This document shows positions 8,659-18,079 of a stretch of 60,216 nucleotides of DNA, in pieces. The stretch spans positions 1 to 60,216 of the forward strand of contig JAZDJA010000031.1 of the NCBI GenBank assembly GCA_043804415.1, given 5' to 3'. The notes under the pieces were generated by a model. It had not been told where the DNA came from and made no database searches. It was given only the letters and a program-made list of their open reading frames with translations. Made by a program: the position numbers and the translations under genes. Origin of the DNA: Candidatus Latescibacterota bacterium (lineage in GTDB: Bacteria > Latescibacterota > 4484-107). Numbering within the stretch: position 1 is the stretch's first letter; each line of letters starts with the position of its first letter.

Positions 8659-8852
8659 GGGGACCCTCCGGTTTTCATTGAAACAGATCCACTCAAAAAG
8701 AAGCGGTGCAGGGGGAAACCCCTTTTGCCGCTCACCAGAAACTCACGCAAGAACAAGCTCCCTCATTTCTGCATCCCCTTTCTCGCTTTGAAGCCAGCTC
8801 GGGAAGGCGGGTGGAAAAAGTGCTGCCTTTCAGGTCTCCCTTTGCGAGATCC

Positions 8853-10079
8853 TCACCTGGGGGGCGTGCTGGATTGGGGACGTGCCGCTCCAATTTCTCC
8901 GGCTCGGCCAATGGCCCACCGGGTCATAAGCGGTCCTACGATCTCTGTGATCAGGGTGGTAAAGAGCAGGATGTTGATGACCAGAGCAGCCAGAAAATGC
9001 CCCTCCGATCCATAGCGGTCGAAGTCCTTCCCCACGGTGATGGCCAGGGCCAGGGCCACGCCGATCTGAGGCCAGAGCGAGAAACCGATGTATTTCCGAA
9101 CGGATTCGGGCGCTTTGGACAGATACGCTCCGGCGGAGGCGCCCAACAATTTCCCGGCCATGCGGGTCACGGCATAGACCAGGCCAATCCATCCAATCTT
9201 CGGAAGCAGACCAATGTCCAGGCGCGCGCCTGCCAGGCAGAAGAATCCGGCGATGATGGGGAATCCCATCAGTTGCACCACGTCGAGCACCTGCTTGCTG
9301 CGACGGGGAGGCCCCAAGTTGACAAACGTCATCGCAAGCGCCATATTGGTCAACAGTTCGGACAGGTGATAGTGAACCGCGATGCCGCTTGAAATCAGGA
9401 CCGCGCCCGCAGCCAAGGTGAGCAATTGCGCCTGATCCCTCATGCCACGGCTCAAGACGCTTACCAGGCCTCCCATCAGCAGCCCCACCCCAATCGCGCC
9501 AAATATCTCGATGATGGGCGTGAGCACCATCCCGGAGAGTGCCACGTGCTCACCTTCTCCGATGAAGGCTTTGGCTATGGAGGATGCGAACGCGTAGATG
9601 ATCAGCGCAATGGCGTCGTCTATGCCCACCACCGCCAGAATGGTCGTGGACAAGGGGCCTCTGGCCCGATATTGCTGAAGCACCGCCACCGTGGCCGCCG
9701 GCGCCGTGGCCGCAGACACCGCCCCGAGGATCAGGGCGATGTGGATCTTGTGCGTGAGGAAATACATGGCCGTGGCGACCAGCGCAAACGCGCCGAGGGT
9801 TTCCAAAAGGACGATGGAGAAGATGCTTTTCCCCAACTGCTTGAATACATCGCGCCTCAGCTCGCCGCCAATGCTAAAGGCGATGACGCCCAGGGCCAGA
9901 TCCGCGACGATGCCCACCTGATCGAGCATGCGCACATCAAACAGCCCGATCATGGAGGAACCCAGAATAACGCCCATGATCACATATCCGGTCACCATGG
10001 GAAACTTCAATCTGTGAATGAGCCATCCGGCGGTAAAGCTGAGCGAAATCGCCAATCCAACAATCAATAACGTGTTCAT
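8853..10079 (-). CDS. Cation:proton antiporter (CPA2-like, Na+/H+ or K+/H+)
   Basis: About 12 TM helices; PMVTGY..G, IAFSIGGE, ATAPAAT..V, GIDD, PQIGVA motifs. Confidence 0.9.
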   Translation of the reverse strand: MNTLLIVGLAISLSFTAGWLIHRLKFPMVTGYVIMGVILGSSMIGLFDVRMLDQVGIVADLALGVIAFSIGGELRRDVFKQLGKSIFSIVLLETLGAFALVATAMYFLTHKIHIALILGAVSAATAPAATVAVLQQYRARGPLSTTILAVVGIDDAIALIIYAFASSIAKAFIGEGEHVALSGMVLTPIIEIFGAIGVGLLMGGLVSVLSRGMRDQAQLLTLAAGAVLISSGIAVHYHLSELLTNMALAMTFVNLGPPRRSKQVLDVVQLMGFPIIAGFFCLAGARLDIGLLPKIGWIGLVYAVTRMAGKLLGASAGAYLSKAPESVRKYIGFSLWPQIGVALALAITVGKDFDRYGSEGHFLAALVINILLFTTLITEIVGPLMTRWAIGRAGEIGAARPQSSTPPR

Positions 10080-10234
10080 GTGCCCTCGAAGTGAGAAGCT
10101 GTTTTCTTCCGGAACGAGGAGACTGTGAAGGGGGATGGAACGGGTAAGTGGTGAAGCACAAATCAGCCATGTGAATCAGGAAGGGCCCGCAGCCGACCCC
10201 AGACGCCTCCGGCGACACCCGATTTCTGCCCCGA

Positions 10235-10885
10235 TCAAAAAGCCTGAATGCGCTTGAGATCGTCGTTTCCTCCCATCACGACCAGGATGTCCCCGGATCG
10301 GACGACGAAATCGGCTGCGGGGAAAAGGGTCTCCTGGGGGTCGCTTCGTCTGACCACGATCACCTCGACCCCGTAGCGGCCTCTCAGATGCAGATCAGCC
10401 AGAGTTTTATCGAAGAAGGATTCGGGAGGGGCAAAATCGATGATGCTGTATCCCGGAGCCAGCTCGATGCGGTCCAGCACGCTAAACTCGCTGAGGCTAT
10501 ACGCGATGTTATGCGCGGTGTCTTTCTCCGGGAAAATGATGTGGGTCGCCCCCACCATCTTGAGAATCTTGGCATGATCCTCCGATGCGGCTTTGACCAC
10601 AATCTGCTTGGCCCCGAGCTCCCTCAGATGCATGGTGGTCAGCACGCTGGCGTCGATCCGGTCGCCCAGACAGACGATCACCACGTCCATCTCGCCGAAA
10701 CGAAGGCTCAAAAGCGTGTCCCGGTCGGAGGCATCGGCGATGACCGCTTTTTGGACCAAGGATTTGACGCGATTGATCCGATCCTCGTCGGTATCCACCA
10801 CCACCACGTATTGCCCCAGGCGAACCAGCTCCTCGGTGAGGAAATAGCCAAAATTGCTCAAACCCACAATGGCGAAATTGCGCAT
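10235..10885 (-). CDS. ktrA: Trk/Ktr K+ uptake RCK regulatory subunit
   Basis: FAIVGLSNFG Rossmann start, HAKIL..VGA..II.PEKD, RCK_C domain. Start moved to ATG 10885 after a GAGGGAG RBS. Confidence 0.9.
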   Translation of the reverse strand: MRNFAIVGLSNFGYFLTEELVRLGQYVVVVDTDEDRINRVKSLVQKAVIADASDRDTLLSLRFGEMDVVIVCLGDRIDASVLTTMHLRELGAKQIVVKAASEDHAKILKMVGATHIIFPEKDTAHNIAYSLSEFSVLDRIELAPGYSIIDFAPPESFFDKTLADLHLRGRYGVEVIVVRRSDPQETLFPAADFVVRSGDILVVMGGNDDLKRIQAF

Positions 10886-10996
10886 CACACTCTCCCTCAA
10901 AGTATTCTCTTCGCGAAGATGCAAAGACCCTAGCTCGGCAGACTGCGAAAAAACCCAAAGCGATGGGACACGGATGCAACCCCATTGAACACGGGA

Positions 10997-11065
10997 GAAC
11001 ACTGAAAGACATCGAAAGGCTCCACCCCCCAAGAGACCTGTTCTTTTCGGTGTCTTTCGGTGTTC
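10997..11065. repeat. Imperfect inverted repeat of 9-10-mer tandem units
   Basis: GAACACTGAAAGACATCGAAA ... TTTCGGTGTCTTTCGGTGTTC between ktrB and ktrA. Confidence 0.7.
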
Positions 11066-11174
11066 CATGGGCTGGTTATTTGGATTGGGATTGAAAGGCC
11101 AATCCCTTGTTTTCAGAATGAGGTAAGACCCCCAGCGATTTGGGGTGCAAAGAACGCAGAGGGCACGATCCCTT

Positions 11175-12587
11175 TCACCCGACCATGACGGCCTCCTCCG
11201 CATACTGAAATCTCGGAGATGTGCTGCGGGTGCCGACCATCAGGGCAATGGTGAGTGGACCGATGCGCCCGGTGAACATCAGAAGCGCCATGAGGAGCTT
11301 CCCCATGGCGGTCAGATGAGGGGTCAGGCCGGTGGAGAGCCCGACGGTGCCGAAGGCCGAGGTGGCCTCAAAGAGCACGCTGAGAAAGAGTCCCCGGTCT
11401 CCCGGATTCGAAAGACTGCCGCTTTCGGTGATCAGAAGCGCCATGGTGAAAAGCAGAATCACGGATATCGAGAGCATCACCACCGCAATGGCCCGGGTCA
11501 CTGTACGGGATGGAATCCGGCGCTGAAAGAGGGTGGCGTCGTTCCTGTTACGCAGTTGCGCGTACCCGGTGGCGATCAGTACGGCAAACGTGCTGACCTT
11601 GATCCCGCCGCCGCAGGAGCCGGAACTGGCTCCGATGAACATCCATACGATCAGAAAGAAAGCCGCAGCGTGGGTCAGGTGGAGGATGGACACGGTATAA
11701 AACCCCGCAGTCCGGGGGGTGACGGATTGAAACAGGGCGGACAGAAACTGGGTTCCCCTGGGAAGCCTCTCCAGCGTGTTGTGCGCTTCCAGGAGGAAAA
11801 AAAAGGCCGCGCCCAGCGCGATCAGTATTCCAGTGAACAGCAGTACGATCTTCGTGTGCAGCGAAAGACTCCGGATGCGGCGCGTTTTCATGGTCCGCCG
11901 GAGGTCGAGGAGTACCGGAAAGCCAATCCCGCCAGAAACGATGAGCACCATCAGCGTGCCGCTAACCCAAAAATCGCCCTGATAGGAACGAAAGCTTTCG
12001 CTGTAAAGCGCAAAACCCGCGTTGCAGAAAGCCGAGATCGCGTGGAACACCGCGTGGTAGAGGGCTTTGGGGAACGGATAAATCGAGACGAAGCGCAGGA
12101 GGAGAAAGAGCGCGCCGAGGCCCTCTGCCGCCAGGGTAAATCCGAGCACGTTCTTCAAGAGTCGCCGCGTATCGCCTGCGGGCGCGTGTCCCAAGGTGTC
12201 GGAAAGCGCGTCATGATATTTCATGGAGATGCTTCTTCCGAATAGAAAAAGGAAGAAGGTGGAAAAGGTCATAATGCCCAGTCCGCCCATCTGGATGAGC
12301 ACGAGAATCACGATCTGGCCAAAAAGGGTAAAATGGGCCCCCGTGTCCACCACGGTAAGTCCCGTCACGCATGTGGCGCTGGTGGCGGTAAAGAGGGCCT
12401 CCACAAACGACAACGACCTGCCGACCGAAGCCGGAGGCAGCATCAAAAGCAACGTACCCAGGAGGATCGCGCCCGCAAAGCTGACCATCAGGATCTCAGC
12501 AGCGGTCAATCCCCATCGTCTCGGGACGGTCGGAGGATGGGTTGCAGGTGCGTGGTGAGTGGTCAGAGGTGCGCGGATATTCGACAT
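11175..12587 (-). CDS. ktrB: Trk/Ktr K+ uptake membrane subunit
   Basis: Four pore motifs: TSATCVTGL, SAFCNAGF, PRTAGF, SAFGTVGLS. Confidence 0.92.
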   Translation of the reverse strand: MSNIRAPLTTHHAPATHPPTVPRRWGLTAAEILMVSFAGAILLGTLLLMLPPASVGRSLSFVEALFTATSATCVTGLTVVDTGAHFTLFGQIVILVLIQMGGLGIMTFSTFFLFLFGRSISMKYHDALSDTLGHAPAGDTRRLLKNVLGFTLAAEGLGALFLLLRFVSIYPFPKALYHAVFHAISAFCNAGFALYSESFRSYQGDFWVSGTLMVLIVSGGIGFPVLLDLRRTMKTRRIRSLSLHTKIVLLFTGILIALGAAFFFLLEAHNTLERLPRGTQFLSALFQSVTPRTAGFYTVSILHLTHAAAFFLIVWMFIGASSGSCGGGIKVSTFAVLIATGYAQLRNRNDATLFQRRIPSRTVTRAIAVVMLSISVILLFTMALLITESGSLSNPGDRGLFLSVLFEATSAFGTVGLSTGLTPHLTAMGKLLMALLMFTGRIGPLTIALMVGTRSTSPRFQYAEEAVMVG

Positions 12588-12642
12588 ACGATTTCCGGTC
12601 TCCGTTTCGCGTTTCACGCGTTGTGTTCCAGCTTCCCCTTCG

Positions 12643-13098
12643 TCAGGCTTCGTATCGCTCGATGATGGCCGCCACTTCGCTCTCGCGCTCGCAGGCCAGG
12701 AGCGCCTCGCGCACCTCCTCCTTCCGCATCAGCCGGGAGATCCGGGCCATCACCTTCAGATAGGTCTCGGCTTCTTTCTCGGGAGCCAGCACCAGAAAGA
12801 TCAGCCGCGCCGGCTGGCCATCCATCGCCTCAAAATCAATGCCTTTTGGGGCAATGCCCACGGCCACCACGATCTCTTTGGCAGAGCTTATCCGGGCATG
12901 GGGAACCGCTACGCCAAAGCCGATGCCCGTGCCTCCGAGTTCCTCCCGCTTGAGGACCTTCTCGAGGGCATCCTCCGGGTCGATGGTTTCATTTGCGCCG
13001 TGGAGTTGTTGCAGGACTTTGTGGATGATTGTTCTCCGGTCCTTCCCCTCCAAATTCAGAACCACATTTGATGCGTCTATCATCTCGTAAAGGTTCAC
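12643..13098 (-). CDS. PTS EIIA (Ntr-type) domain protein
   Basis: REELGGTGIGFGVAVPHAR; GIDFEAMDGQPARLIFL; GGAGGA RBS before GTG 13098. Confidence 0.9.
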   Translation of the reverse strand: MNLYEMIDASNVVLNLEGKDRRTIIHKVLQQLHGANETIDPEDALEKVLKREELGGTGIGFGVAVPHARISSAKEIVVAVGIAPKGIDFEAMDGQPARLIFLVLAPEKEAETYLKVMARISRLMRKEEVREALLACERESEVAAIIERYEA

Positions 13099-13181
13099 GT
13101 TCCATCCTCCGGGAAAGAAAGACAAAAGATGAAAGATAAAGTCCTCTCTCTCCTTTATCTCTCATCTTTTGTCTTGATTCA

Positions 13182-13625
13182 TCATGTAACCGTCAGGACC
13201 GGGCAGGGCGCGTGTTCGATGATGCGCTCCACGTTCGCCGTGGTGAAGTGTCTTACGCCGCTGCGCGCTTTGGGCATCCCGAGCACAATGAGATCTGCGT
13301 GGAACGCCTCCGCCTTTTTCACAATCACGTGTTCGGGGAGCCCCTCCTCCTGCACGAGGGACATGCCGACTTGTTGCTCCAATGCCCTTTCCTCCACGTG
13401 GTAGAGGTAGTTCCATCCGTTCTCCTCCACCTCGATCTCGATCTCCGAGCGCTTCTTATCGCCGAAGCGCTGGATGCGTTCTATGACCGTCCGATCCACG
13501 ACATGGAGGCCGATGAGTCGCGCATGGTGGGCTCCTGCCAGCGCAATAGCCAGCTTTGCCGCCTTCATCGCCTCCTGGGTCGTCTCCACCATAAGGAGAA
13601 TGATCTTAAAGAGCGGATCGCTCAT
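13182..13625 (-). CDS. Universal stress protein (USP)
   Basis: FKIILL, LHVVD, G.P...IV..A....ADLIVLG, IIEHAPCPVLTV. Confidence 0.9.
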   Translation of the reverse strand: MSDPLFKIILLMVETTQEAMKAAKLAIALAGAHHARLIGLHVVDRTVIERIQRFGDKKRSEIEIEVEENGWNYLYHVEERALEQQVGMSLVQEEGLPEHVIVKKAEAFHADLIVLGMPKARSGVRHFTTANVERIIEHAPCPVLTVT

Positions 13626-13710
13626 GTCAGGGCTCCTTGCGCGTCATAGATGATGAGCGCCCGCTGATTCCAGGTGCGGGACCCCTCTCACCACCTACCC
13701 AGTGGGTCGT

Positions 13711-14322
13711 TCATGACTTCTTGAGTCGCTTGCGTCTGAAAAACTCCTCGCGCTCGCTCTCCTCCAACACGTCCTCAATCTTTTTGATGGTCGCGTCGTA
13801 TCTGGGAATGAAGAGGTGCTCCAGAGCTTTGACCCTTCTCTGGGTCTTCCGGATCTCGTGCGCCAATCGCCCCACGGAGATGGTGGTCTCGGCATATTCC
13901 GAAAGGATCGAGAGCACTTCTCCAAGCTCCGCCGCACAGCGATCAACGGCTTCGGTGGTTTCCATCAGGCTTGGATTGGGCGGCTCCGGACGCATCTGGT
14001 CCCGGATCGTGGGCAGGAGGACGCCCATCACGCTCCGCTCGGTTACCTCGACTTCGTATTCGGTTTGACTGAAGGTGAGCACGCGCTCGATGGCCTCCGT
14101 GCCCATCTGAAGATGCACCTCCTCGAACGTTTCATACACGCCGTGCAGGCGCGTGTTCAGGCGTTCCTGGAGATCTTTGAGGGAGTAGACCACGCGCATC
14201 AGCTCCATGATGAGCACTTCCCGCTTCTGATCGAGCAGCTCATATCCTTCCTGTGCGAAGGCGCGCTTGGATCTGTAATCTATGAGATTGCCCTTGGTCG
14301 GGGCGATTTTATCCGGTTCCAT
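13711..14322 (-). CDS. atpD: V/A-type ATP synthase subunit D
   Basis: PTKGNL, GYELLDQKREVL, KTQRRVKALE....P, LEE.EREEF.R.K. Confidence 0.93.
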   Translation of the reverse strand: MEPDKIAPTKGNLIDYRSKRAFAQEGYELLDQKREVLIMELMRVVYSLKDLQERLNTRLHGVYETFEEVHLQMGTEAIERVLTFSQTEYEVEVTERSVMGVLLPTIRDQMRPEPPNPSLMETTEAVDRCAAELGEVLSILSEYAETTISVGRLAHEIRKTQRRVKALEHLFIPRYDATIKKIEDVLEESEREEFFRRKRLKKS

Positions 14323-14333
14323 GGGTTTTTTTG

Positions 14334-14359
14334 GTGAGCGGTGAGTAGTGATTGGTGAG
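14334..14359. repeat. 26-bp heptamer-based repeat, perfect inverted copy at 18039-18064
   Basis: GTGAGCGGTGAGTAGTGATTGGTGAG is the exact reverse complement of CTCACCAATCACTACTCACCGCTCAC. Confidence 0.95.
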
Positions 14360-14376
14360 TGGTCCCCACTCCCTGG

Positions 14377-15777
14377 TCATCCCTGATAGTACTGATCCAA
14401 TTGGGCCTTCGTGAATCGGCGGAGGACCGACCTGGGCAGGACGGAAAGCGTCTTCCATCCGGCATCCAACGTCTCTTCCATCGTGCGATTCTCCTCGGAG
14501 CCCTGATTGAGAAATCGGGTCTCGAACGCCTCACCAAATTGGAGGGTGCGCCGATCCAGATCTGTGAGTTCTTCTTCGCCCATGATGGAGGCCAGGGAGC
14601 GAACCGTTCCCACCCGGCTGTAGGACGCATACAACTGGCTGGCCAGGTTGGGATGATCAGCCCTCGTTTGGCCCTCGCCGATGGCGTCCTTCATGATCCT
14701 CGAAAGGGAAGGCAGCACACTGATGGGGGGATAGATGCCCTTCTGGCTCAGCTCGCGGCTCAACACGATCTGCCCCTCGGTGATATACGCCGTCAAATCC
14801 GGGATGGGGTGCGTGATGTCGTCGTTGGGCATCGTCAGAATCGGGATCTGGGTGATGGAACCTTCCCGGCCCTTGATGCGTCCGCATCGCTCGTATATGG
14901 AGGCCAGATCGCTGTAAAGATATCCGGGGTATCCCTTTCTGCTGGGCACCTCCTCGCGGGCACTCGCAATCTCACGAAGGGCTTCGCAGTAGTTGGTCAT
15001 GTCCGTGAGAACGACCAGGACGTGCATTCCCTTTTCAAACGCGAGGTATTCGGCCAGGGTCAGGGCAACTCGCGGGGTCACAATCCTTTCCTCCGGAGGA
15101 TCGTCGGCCAGATTCAAAAACATCGTCACATTTCCGAGCACACCCGCCTTCTCCAGATCATCCCGAAAAAACTGTGCGTCGTCGTGCTTGATCCCCATCG
15201 CCGCGAAGATCACCGCAAAGGGCTCGGCTTTGCCCACGATCCGGGCCTGCCTGAGAATCTGGGCGGCCAGCATATTGTGCGGGAGCCCGCTGCCGGAGAG
15301 AATGGGCAGCTTCTGCCCGCGAATCAGTGTGTTGAGCCCGTCTATGGCGGAGATGCCTGTCTGTATGAAATCGTATGGATACGCCCTTGAGACCGGGTTG
15401 ATGGCCGTGCCGTAGATGCTTTTCTTCGTGCCCTCAAACGGAGCCGGTCCGCCGTCTGCGGGTTCTCCAATGCCGTTGAAGATGCGGCCCAACATCTCGT
15501 CTGAGACGCGGAACTCCAGGGGAGTTCCCAGAAACCGGACCTTGGTACGGGCGGTGGAAAGGCCGCTGGTGCCCTTGAATACCTGAATCACCGCGCGCTC
15601 TTCGCTGATGTCCAGCACGGTCCCGCGGCGGATCTCCCCGTCCGGGCAGCGCACCTCCACCACCTCGGCAACCCCGACGCCTTCCACGTGCGCCACCGTC
15701 AGGATGGGCCCCGAGACCTGGGCCAACGCGCTGTATTCTTTTCCGCCGAGAGAGGTCAATAGGTTCTCCTGAAACAT
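14377..15777 (-). CDS. atpB: V/A-type ATP synthase subunit B
   Basis: [75 protein letters not shown]. An alternative TTG start lies at 15759. Confidence 0.95.
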   Translation of the reverse strand: MFQENLLTSLGGKEYSALAQVSGPILTVAHVEGVGVAEVVEVRCPDGEIRRGTVLDISEERAVIQVFKGTSGLSTARTKVRFLGTPLEFRVSDEMLGRIFNGIGEPADGGPAPFEGTKKSIYGTAINPVSRAYPYDFIQTGISAIDGLNTLIRGQKLPILSGSGLPHNMLAAQILRQARIVGKAEPFAVIFAAMGIKHDDAQFFRDDLEKAGVLGNVTMFLNLADDPPEERIVTPRVALTLAEYLAFEKGMHVLVVLTDMTNYCEALREIASAREEVPSRKGYPGYLYSDLASIYERCGRIKGREGSITQIPILTMPNDDITHPIPDLTAYITEGQIVLSRELSQKGIYPPISVLPSLSRIMKDAIGEGQTRADHPNLASQLYASYSRVGTVRSLASIMGEEELTDLDRRTLQFGEAFETRFLNQGSEENRTMEETLDAGWKTLSVLPRSVLRRFTKAQLDQYYQG

Positions 15778-15904
15778 CGGTGCTGCAGCGCGGGAAAACT
15801 GCAGGCAAAGGACCAAGGCAATGGGACGCGGATGAGACGGACAGCACGGATCAAAACAGGAAACTGCAGGTGAAAGTGTGTTGAGGGGAAAGTGAGAAAG
15901 TCAT

Positions 15905-15946
15905 CTCGTTCCCACGCTCCGCGGCCCCGAAGGAAATGCAACGCTC
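15905..15946. repeat. Degenerate REP copy
   Basis: CTCGTTCCCACGCTCCGCG...GGAAATGC, same family as 5440 and 6960. Confidence 0.7.
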
Positions 15947-15996
15947 TGAATCTCCCGCAGAGTGCCGGCAACCTGGGGGAGGTGGGCTCTCGGGTA

Positions 15997-17958
15997 TTAC
16001 CCACTGGCCTTCCCCGAAGGGGCCACTCTCCCCGCGGCCCGCACCAGCGCGTATCCCAGCATCGCAAAGAGAGCCAGGGAAAACAGGTCTCCGAACGAAC
16101 CCAGCCAGTCCGAGCCGATGCCCTCCGGCTTTCCTCTGAAAAACGCATACAGCGCCACGCCCACGCCCATCAATCCCTCGCCTGCAATCAGTCCCGATCC
16201 GAAAAGGATGCCCTGCTCCTTTCGATCCCGCAGTTGCTCCGCATCCCTCCGATAGCGCCGCTCGATTCCCTGCCGGATGCATCCGCCCACAAAGATCGGC
16301 GTCATGGTCGAAAGGGGCAGATACAGCCCCACGGCAAAGGGCAGCGATGGAATGGCGCATAACTCCGCCACCGCGCCAAATGCCACCCCGGTCAGTACCA
16401 GTCCCCACGGGATGTCTCCCGAAAGCACGCCCTCGATCACCGTCTTCATCAGCGTAGCCTGCGGAGCCGGAAGATCGGGGGAGCCGAAGGTGTAGACGCT
16501 ATTGAGCACAAGCACGGCACCGCATACGGCCAGCACCGAGGCGATCGCTCCGATCATCTCTCCCACCTGCTGTTTGTACGGCGTGGCGCCCACCAGAAAT
16601 CCCGTCTTGAGATCCTGCGAAGTATCCCCGGCGATGGAGGCCGATACGCAGACGATCGTCCCCACGGTCAGCGCGGCCACCTTGCCCATCTCGTCCGTCC
16701 ATCCCAAAAACACAAACACCAGACTCGTGCCCAGAAGTGTCACAATCGTCATGCCGGAGGTGGGATTGGAGGACACCCCGACCAGTCCCACGATCCGCGA
16801 AGAAACCGTGACAAAGAAGAAGCTGAATACGGCAATGCAGAGCGCGCAGACCAGCCGGACCCCGAAGGACTCCACATTTCCGATAATATGTGGCACCAGG
16901 GCAATCACCAAAACGATCAGCGCAGCACCTCCCAGGACATAGAACAGGGGCAGGTCCCGCTCTGTCCGTATCCGCTGAACAAACTGCTTGCTCAGCCGGG
17001 CGCGCACCTCCTCGGTGCCGAGGCGGAACGACTCCACCATGGTGGGCACCGAACGTACCACCGTAACGATCCCGCCAAAGATCACCGCGCCTGCTCCGAT
17101 GTAGCGGATATACCGCGTCCAGATCTCCGAAGGGGACATCTGTCCGATGGTTTTGACCATCTCCGGAAAGATCGGCGTGGTAAAGCCCTCCCCGAAATGG
17201 GCAATCAACGGAATCAGCACCACCCAGGAGACCAGGCTTCCAGCCACCATCACCGCCGCGATCCGGTACCCCAGAATGTATCCCACGCCCAACAGGGCAG
17301 GGGTGGTTTCGACCCCAATGACGGCCTTTTTCAATCTGGGAATGGCCAGATACACCCGCTCATTCCAAAGGTGCAGAAATCCGGAAAGGAATTTGTACCC
17401 CGCGCCGATCCCGAGTCCCACGAACACGTTTCTGGCACGCGATCCCCCGGCCTCGCTGGCGATCAGCACCTCCGCGCATGCCGTGCCCTCCGGATAGGGG
17501 AGATTTTTGTGCTCCTTTGCGATCAGATACCGCCTCAGAGGGATCATAAACAGGATGCCCAGCAATCCTCCCAAAAGCGCCAGCGTCGCCATCTGCAGAA
17601 GGGTCGGATCCAATCCCCACAAAAAGAGCACAGGAATCGTAAAAATAACCCCCGAAGCCAGCGAGGAACTGGCCGAACCCACCGTCTGGGATAGATTGGC
17701 CTCCAGAATCGAGGCGGGTCCCAATCTGCCCCTGAGCAGACGGAACACGGCCACAGTCATCACAGCCACCGGGATGGAGGTGCTCACGGTCATCCCGGCC
17801 TTGAGCCCGAGATAGGCATTGGCCGCACCGAACATCATCCCGAACAGACATCCCAAAACCACGGCCTTTACCGTAAACTCCGGGAGCATCTCCGTTGGCG
17901 GAATGTAGGGACGAACCGAATCTTCGGTCTCCGGCTGCCCGTCGTCTCTTTCGTTCAC
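15997..17958 (-). CDS. OPT-family oligopeptide transporter
   Basis: NAYLGLKAGMTVSTSIP, LPYPEGTACAEVL, SSNP.SG, QDLKTG.LVGATP..QQ, APQATLM. Confidence 0.93.
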   Translation of the reverse strand: MNERDDGQPETEDSVRPYIPPTEMLPEFTVKAVVLGCLFGMMFGAANAYLGLKAGMTVSTSIPVAVMTVAVFRLLRGRLGPASILEANLSQTVGSASSSLASGVIFTIPVLFLWGLDPTLLQMATLALLGGLLGILFMIPLRRYLIAKEHKNLPYPEGTACAEVLIASEAGGSRARNVFVGLGIGAGYKFLSGFLHLWNERVYLAIPRLKKAVIGVETTPALLGVGYILGYRIAAVMVAGSLVSWVVLIPLIAHFGEGFTTPIFPEMVKTIGQMSPSEIWTRYIRYIGAGAVIFGGIVTVVRSVPTMVESFRLGTEEVRARLSKQFVQRIRTERDLPLFYVLGGAALIVLVIALVPHIIGNVESFGVRLVCALCIAVFSFFFVTVSSRIVGLVGVSSNPTSGMTIVTLLGTSLVFVFLGWTDEMGKVAALTVGTIVCVSASIAGDTSQDLKTGFLVGATPYKQQVGEMIGAIASVLAVCGAVLVLNSVYTFGSPDLPAPQATLMKTVIEGVLSGDIPWGLVLTGVAFGAVAELCAIPSLPFAVGLYLPLSTMTPIFVGGCIRQGIERRYRRDAEQLRDRKEQGILFGSGLIAGEGLMGVGVALYAFFRGKPEGIGSDWLGSFGDLFSLALFAMLGYALVRAAGRVAPSGKASG

Positions 17959-18079
17959 GAGTCCTCCACTGCTGAAGGGATAAGCGTTCCCGATCGTCGC
18001 GTGAAACGTGAAGACGTATCCACAGCAAACTCACGGCCCTCACCAATCACTACTCACCGCTCACTACTCACCAGAGCCG

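Noticed and set aside
10886-11174. c-di-AMP (ydaO) riboswitch near the ktr genes
   Set aside because: Consensus segments not found. The hairpin present belongs to the dispersed 9-10-mer repeat family.
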